Origin: an uncultured delta proteobacterium
Lineage (GTDB): Bacteria > Myxococcota > Myxococcia > Myxococcales > Myxococcaceae
Direction of reading: 5' to 3'
Length of the DNA: 64,000 bases
Assembly (NCBI GenBank): GCA_963731795.1
Contig: CAVSWU010000003.1
Coordinates: 1,222,216 to 1,286,215 of the forward strand
Shown here piece by piece: positions 60,427 through 64,000 of this stretch (position 1 is the stretch's first letter; every line of letters starts with the position of its first letter). Made by a program: the position numbers and the translations under genes. The notes under the pieces were generated by a model. It had not been told where the DNA came from. It saw nothing but the letters and a program-made list of their open reading frames with translations, and searched no databases.

Positions 60427-63036
60427 TCAGCGAGGCACGGCAACCGGTGGGCTGAGCACCTTCATGGTGCCTTTCGTCACCCCGAACTGCTCGTGCACGG
60501 CGGCGCGACGGATGGCCTCGGCCGGAGCCAGGCGCCCCGCGAGCAGCTCCTGGTAGGCCCCCAGCACCCGGGCGGCCTCCTCCTGGGACTCGCGCACGAA
60601 CTCGACCCGGAAGCGGCGCACGCCACGTTCCAGGAGCTGGGGCACCAGGGACGCGGCGCTCTGAGCCTGAGCATTGAACACCGTGTTGCGGCAGCCCACG
60701 TCGACGATGACGGGGTGGTCCAGCCCCAGCCGGTCCCGGAGCGAGATCTGATGCTTCTCGCAGGGACGCCCGCAGGTGCGGAAGTCCCGCCCGTTGGAGA
60801 GCGTGTGCGAGTACACGCAGTGCTCGGTGTGGAACGTGGCGATGTGGTGATGCAGCGCCACCGTGAAGCGGTGGGCGGGCGCGTGCTCCAGCAGCGAGAA
60901 GAGCTGGACCGTGTCCAGATCGTGCGAGCACGTCAGCGTGTCCAGCCCGAGCCCCAGCAGGTACGAGGCGGTCACCGAGTTGGTGACGTTGAGCGAGAAG
61001 TCCCCGTGCAGCACCGGGCGTGGCTGGCCGGCGGGGCGCTCGAGGAAGTGCATCATCGCGCCCCAGTGGCGCACCAGCACGGCGTCCGGGCGCAGCCGGT
61101 CGATGCGCTGATCGTAGCCCTCCTCGCCCGGCTTCTGGACCCGGACCGTGGCGATCGTGACGCGCAGCCCCGCGGCGCGGGCCCGCTCCACGGCTCGCTG
61201 CAGGCCCACCATCTCCATCCAATCCAGCTCCACCTCGCGCAGCCCCGCGGCGATGACGGCCTCGAGCTGCGCCTCGTTGCGGCACAGCGGGAGCAGGCGC
61301 GCGGTCTCCTCGGCGGGGACGGCGGGCACGCGCTCCATGAACGAGGCGCGCAGCGTGTCGAGCACCGGTGTCTCCACGACGGTTCGCCGGTATCCCTTCT
61401 CCACCGCGGCCGTGAGCTCGGCCACGAGCTGGCGGCGGAGCGCCTTGAGCTCGGAGACGGGCAGGTGCAGCCCCGGAGCCAGAGCGGAGCAGTCCAGGCG
61501 TGACAGGTGGAAGGGCGTGCCTCCGAAGGCGCCGAGCTTGTCCCGGAGCAGCGCCTCATCCAGTCCTCCGCCGCGCGCCGAGGCGAGCGGGACCGGGCTG
61601 GCGGAGGAGGACTCATGCCCCCACGCGCTGGCCTGGATGCGGAGCGGGCTCCCCTCCGAGCCCGAGACCTTCACCTCGAGGGAAATTCGGCCCTCCGGCT
61701 CTCCCTGGGCGAGCAGGCTCTCGACGCGACGCCCCATGGCGGGATCGCTGTTGAGCCACACGCGCTGGCCCGTGGCCACGCGCCCCAGGTCCGGCCCCGG
61801 ATGACCAAAGCCCAGCACCCAGCCTTCGCCGCGGCGCTCGACGCGGAAGATGGGGCCACCGGGCTCGTTCTTGTCCTCGGGCCGGCCCGCATCGAACACG
61901 ACGCCCATCCCCGGGCGCGGATCGACGGCATCCGGCGCGGGCTCACCCTTCAACGGCGAGGCCACCTGTCCGGCGGGGCTCTCCGGACGCTCCTCCCCCA
62001 GCCCGAGCCCGCCCGTCCACGGGCGCTCATCGGGGACGACCAGCACCTCCTTGCCGGAGATGGACCGGACGCGCCCGAGGTACACGCCTCGGTGCTTGGG
62101 GAAGCGCCCCTCCACGAGCGTCTGGTGGTCCGAGCCCGCGAGGAAGCCATGCGAGAACCCTCGGCTGTACGCGAGGGCCATGTCCGCCAGATCGCGCTTG
62201 AGCCGGGCCTCATCGGGCGCGCCCGCGAGGATGCTCTCGACCCAGCGCCGATAGCCCTGCACCGTGGAGGAGACGTACGCCGGCCCCTTGAGCCGGCCCT
62301 CGATCTTGAGGCCATGCACGCCGATCTCGATCAGCTCCGGCACGGCGCGCACGCCAGCGAGATCCTTGGGGCTGAGCAGGTACTTCACGTCCCCGAGCTC
62401 CCGCGTCTCGGAGTCAACGACGAGCTCGTACGGCAGGCGGCAGGACTGCGCGCACTGGCCGCGGTTGGCGGAGCGGCCTCCCCAGGCCTCGCTCGTGAGG
62501 CACTGGCCGCTCCAGGACATGCACAGCGCGCCGTGGATGAAGACCTCCAGCTCCACGTCCGTCCGCCCGGCCAGCTTGCGGATCTCGGCGACGGAGAGCT
62601 CGCGCGGGACGACGACCCGGCAGACGCCCAGCCCCTGGGCGAAGCGCACGCCCTCGGCGCTGGAGATCGTCATCTGCGTGGAGGCATGCAGCTCGAGCTG
62701 GGGGCACAGGGCCCGGGCCAGCAGCGCCACGGCGGGATCCTGGAGGATCAGGGCATCGACGCCCGCGGCGGCCGCCCCACGGACGAGGTGCTCGACGATG
62801 GGCAGCTCGGGCTCGAAGACGAGCGTGTTCAGCGTGAGGTAGGCGCGAGCCCCCGCGCGATGGATGAGGGCCACCGTCTCGGGCAGGCGTGCGAGCGAGA
62901 AGTTCTCCGCGCGGGCTCGGGCATTGAAGCCCTCGTCGAGCCCGAAGTAGACGGCATCCGCTCCACTGGCGAGCGCGGCCTGAAGGGAGTCGAGATCCCC
63001 CGCGGGAGCAAGGATTTCGGGGCGGCGGACAGGCAT
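60427..63036 (-). CDS. peptidase U32 family protein (U32 + DUF3656-type C-terminus)
   Basis: N-terminal U32 signature (ELEVFIHGALCMSWSGQCLTS). Confidence 0.8.
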   Translation of the reverse strand: MPVRRPEILAPAGDLDSLQAALASGADAVYFGLDEGFNARARAENFSLARLPETVALIHRAGARAYLTLNTLVFEPELPIVEHLVRGAAAAGVDALILQDPAVALLARALCPQLELHASTQMTISSAEGVRFAQGLGVCRVVVPRELSVAEIRKLAGRTDVELEVFIHGALCMSWSGQCLTSEAWGGRSANRGQCAQSCRLPYELVVDSETRELGDVKYLLSPKDLAGVRAVPELIEIGVHGLKIEGRLKGPAYVSSTVQGYRRWVESILAGAPDEARLKRDLADMALAYSRGFSHGFLAGSDHQTLVEGRFPKHRGVYLGRVRSISGKEVLVVPDERPWTGGLGLGEERPESPAGQVASPLKGEPAPDAVDPRPGMGVVFDAGRPEDKNEPGGPIFRVERRGEGWVLGFGHPGPDLGRVATGQRVWLNSDPAMGRRVESLLAQGEPEGRISLEVKVSGSEGSPLRIQASAWGHESSSASPVPLASARGGGLDEALLRDKLGAFGGTPFHLSRLDCSALAPGLHLPVSELKALRRQLVAELTAAVEKGYRRTVVETPVLDTLRASFMERVPAVPAEETARLLPLCRNEAQLEAVIAAGLREVELDWMEMVGLQRAVERARAAGLRVTIATVRVQKPGEEGYDQRIDRLRPDAVLVRHWGAMMHFLERPAGQPRPVLHGDFSLNVTNSVTASYLLGLGLDTLTCSHDLDTVQLFSLLEHAPAHRFTVALHHHIATFHTEHCVYSHTLSNGRDFRTCGRPCEKHQISLRDRLGLDHPVIVDVGCRNTVFNAQAQSAASLVPQLLERGVRRFRVEFVRESQEEAARVLGAYQELLAGRLAPAEAIRRAAVHEQFGVTKGTMKVLSPPVAVPR

Positions 63037-63126
63037 GGCCCTTCCTTAACACGCCAGGAGCGCAAAACCTGAGCGCGGGAGCCCGGATGCAAGTCATGCT
63101 GTCGCCCACCCGCCAAGGAGAAGACG

Positions 63127-63576
63127 ATGCCACGCACCAAGAGCTGGACCTACGAGACAAACCTGCGCTGGGGCCAGGAGCTGGAGGGCGAGCTCGCCTC
63201 GGCCGGCCTGCCGGGGCTGGGCTTCGGCGCTCCTCCGGAGTTCGGGGGAAAAGCAGGGCGCTGGGGACCCGAGACGCTCCTGCTGGGCGCCACCGAGGCG
63301 TGCACGCTGCTCACCTTCCTCGCCCTGGCCCGCCGCAAGGGCGTGCCGTTCTCCGGCTATCGCAGCAGCGCCGTCGGCCTCCTCGCCGCGGATGCGGAGG
63401 GGGTGATCCGCTTCACCGAGATCACCCTCCGCCCGGTGGTGCAGGTGAAGAGCGAGGCGGAGGCCGAGGCCATCCGGGCGCTCTTCCAGGACGTGCCCAA
63501 GCGCTGCTTCGTCAGCTGCTCCCTCAAGGCCGAGCCTCGCATCGAGCTGACCGTGGAGGTCGCCAGCGCCCCCTGA
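63127..63576 (+). CDS. OsmC/Ohr-family peroxiredoxin-like protein
   Basis: 149 aa with OsmC-type conserved Cys motifs (EACTLLTF...CFVSCS). Confidence 0.7.
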   Translation: MPRTKSWTYETNLRWGQELEGELASAGLPGLGFGAPPEFGGKAGRWGPETLLLGATEACTLLTFLALARRKGVPFSGYRSSAVGLLAADAEGVIRFTEITLRPVVQVKSEAEAEAIRALFQDVPKRCFVSCSLKAEPRIELTVEVASAP

Positions 63577-63834
63577 GCCCCTGCCTCTATTGCGCGACGC
63601 GGCATGACTGGAGATAAACTTCGTCCCTGACCCTCTGGGCAGCACCGTCTCTCCCCAACCCTCCGCAAGAGAGTGGTCAAACAAGTCAAGCTCGGATTTC
63701 CCGTGGATTCCAACCCGACCTCCGGCAAGATCCGGAGCCATGGGGAGTGTTGGACATCCATCAATGGTGTGAAGGGGAGCCCCGTTGGCGCCGCCAGGTC
63801 CACCCATCCGATTCCTGACCTACCCCTTATTGGG

Positions 63835-64000
63835 GGTGGTGAAGGAACACGTCCGAGCGGAGTTCTTCGCCCGCGTCCTCTCCGAGCGAGTGGGCCGCCC
63901 CGTGATCATGGAGCAGGCCCGCTCGTATGAGAGCGTGGAGCGCGAAGTGGCCGCGGGCCGCGTGGACATGGCGCTGGCCACCGCCGAGCAGTGCAACCTC
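63835..64000 (+). CDS. partial substrate-binding-protein-like ORF (3' end outside window)
   Basis: GTG start. The VDMALATAEQ pattern is reminiscent of PhnD/SsuA-type binding proteins. Very short. Confidence 0.25.

Overview
This is a high-GC (~68-70%) chromosomal window whose gene content looks like a Myxococcales genome (Myxococcus/Corallococcus-like). It carries several eukaryotic-like Ser/Thr kinases, one with a TIGR02268-like secreted partner, a LemA/TPM operon, a DksA-like gene, a diadenylate-cyclase (DAC) domain gene, and many GTG/TTG starts. Conserved housekeeping and signalling genes occupy ~1-17.6 kb and ~40.7-64 kb: FHA, DksA-like, DAC, PspA-like, a giant vWA + AAA+ pair, dnaK, greA-like, mepA, an L,D-transpeptidase, two-component systems, rluA-like, nth, a sugar ABC transporter, tyrA-like and a U32 peptidase.

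Between them is a ~23 kb accessory block next to a tRNA-Lys/tRNA-Glu pair, in two parts:
- (i) Intact integrative element, 17,756-35,209 (17.45 kb). It is bounded by a 42-bp direct repeat of the tRNA-Glu 3' end. It carries a tyrosine integrase, two Xis/AlpA-like HTH genes, a prim-pol gene followed by a RecA-like (AAA_25) ATPase gene, a complete IS66 with 8-bp target duplication inserted near the 3' end of the prim-pol gene, two kinases, a low-GC PIN-like gene, and a lipoprotein putative toxin / immunity-like pair.
- (ii) Decayed second element, 35,210-~40,600. It carries an integrase 3' fragment, an ISL3 remnant, a low-GC coiled-coil + caspase-like gene pair, orphan hypotheticals, and a second, diverged copy of the same putative toxin / immunity pair.

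Several conserved genes (AAA+ ATPase, PIN-PhoH, hybrid histidine kinase, ISL3) carry +1/-1 frameshifts. Two were traced to G/C homopolymers and the others were not traced to the base, so they look like assembly indel errors rather than real pseudogenes. No CRISPR array or rRNA was seen.
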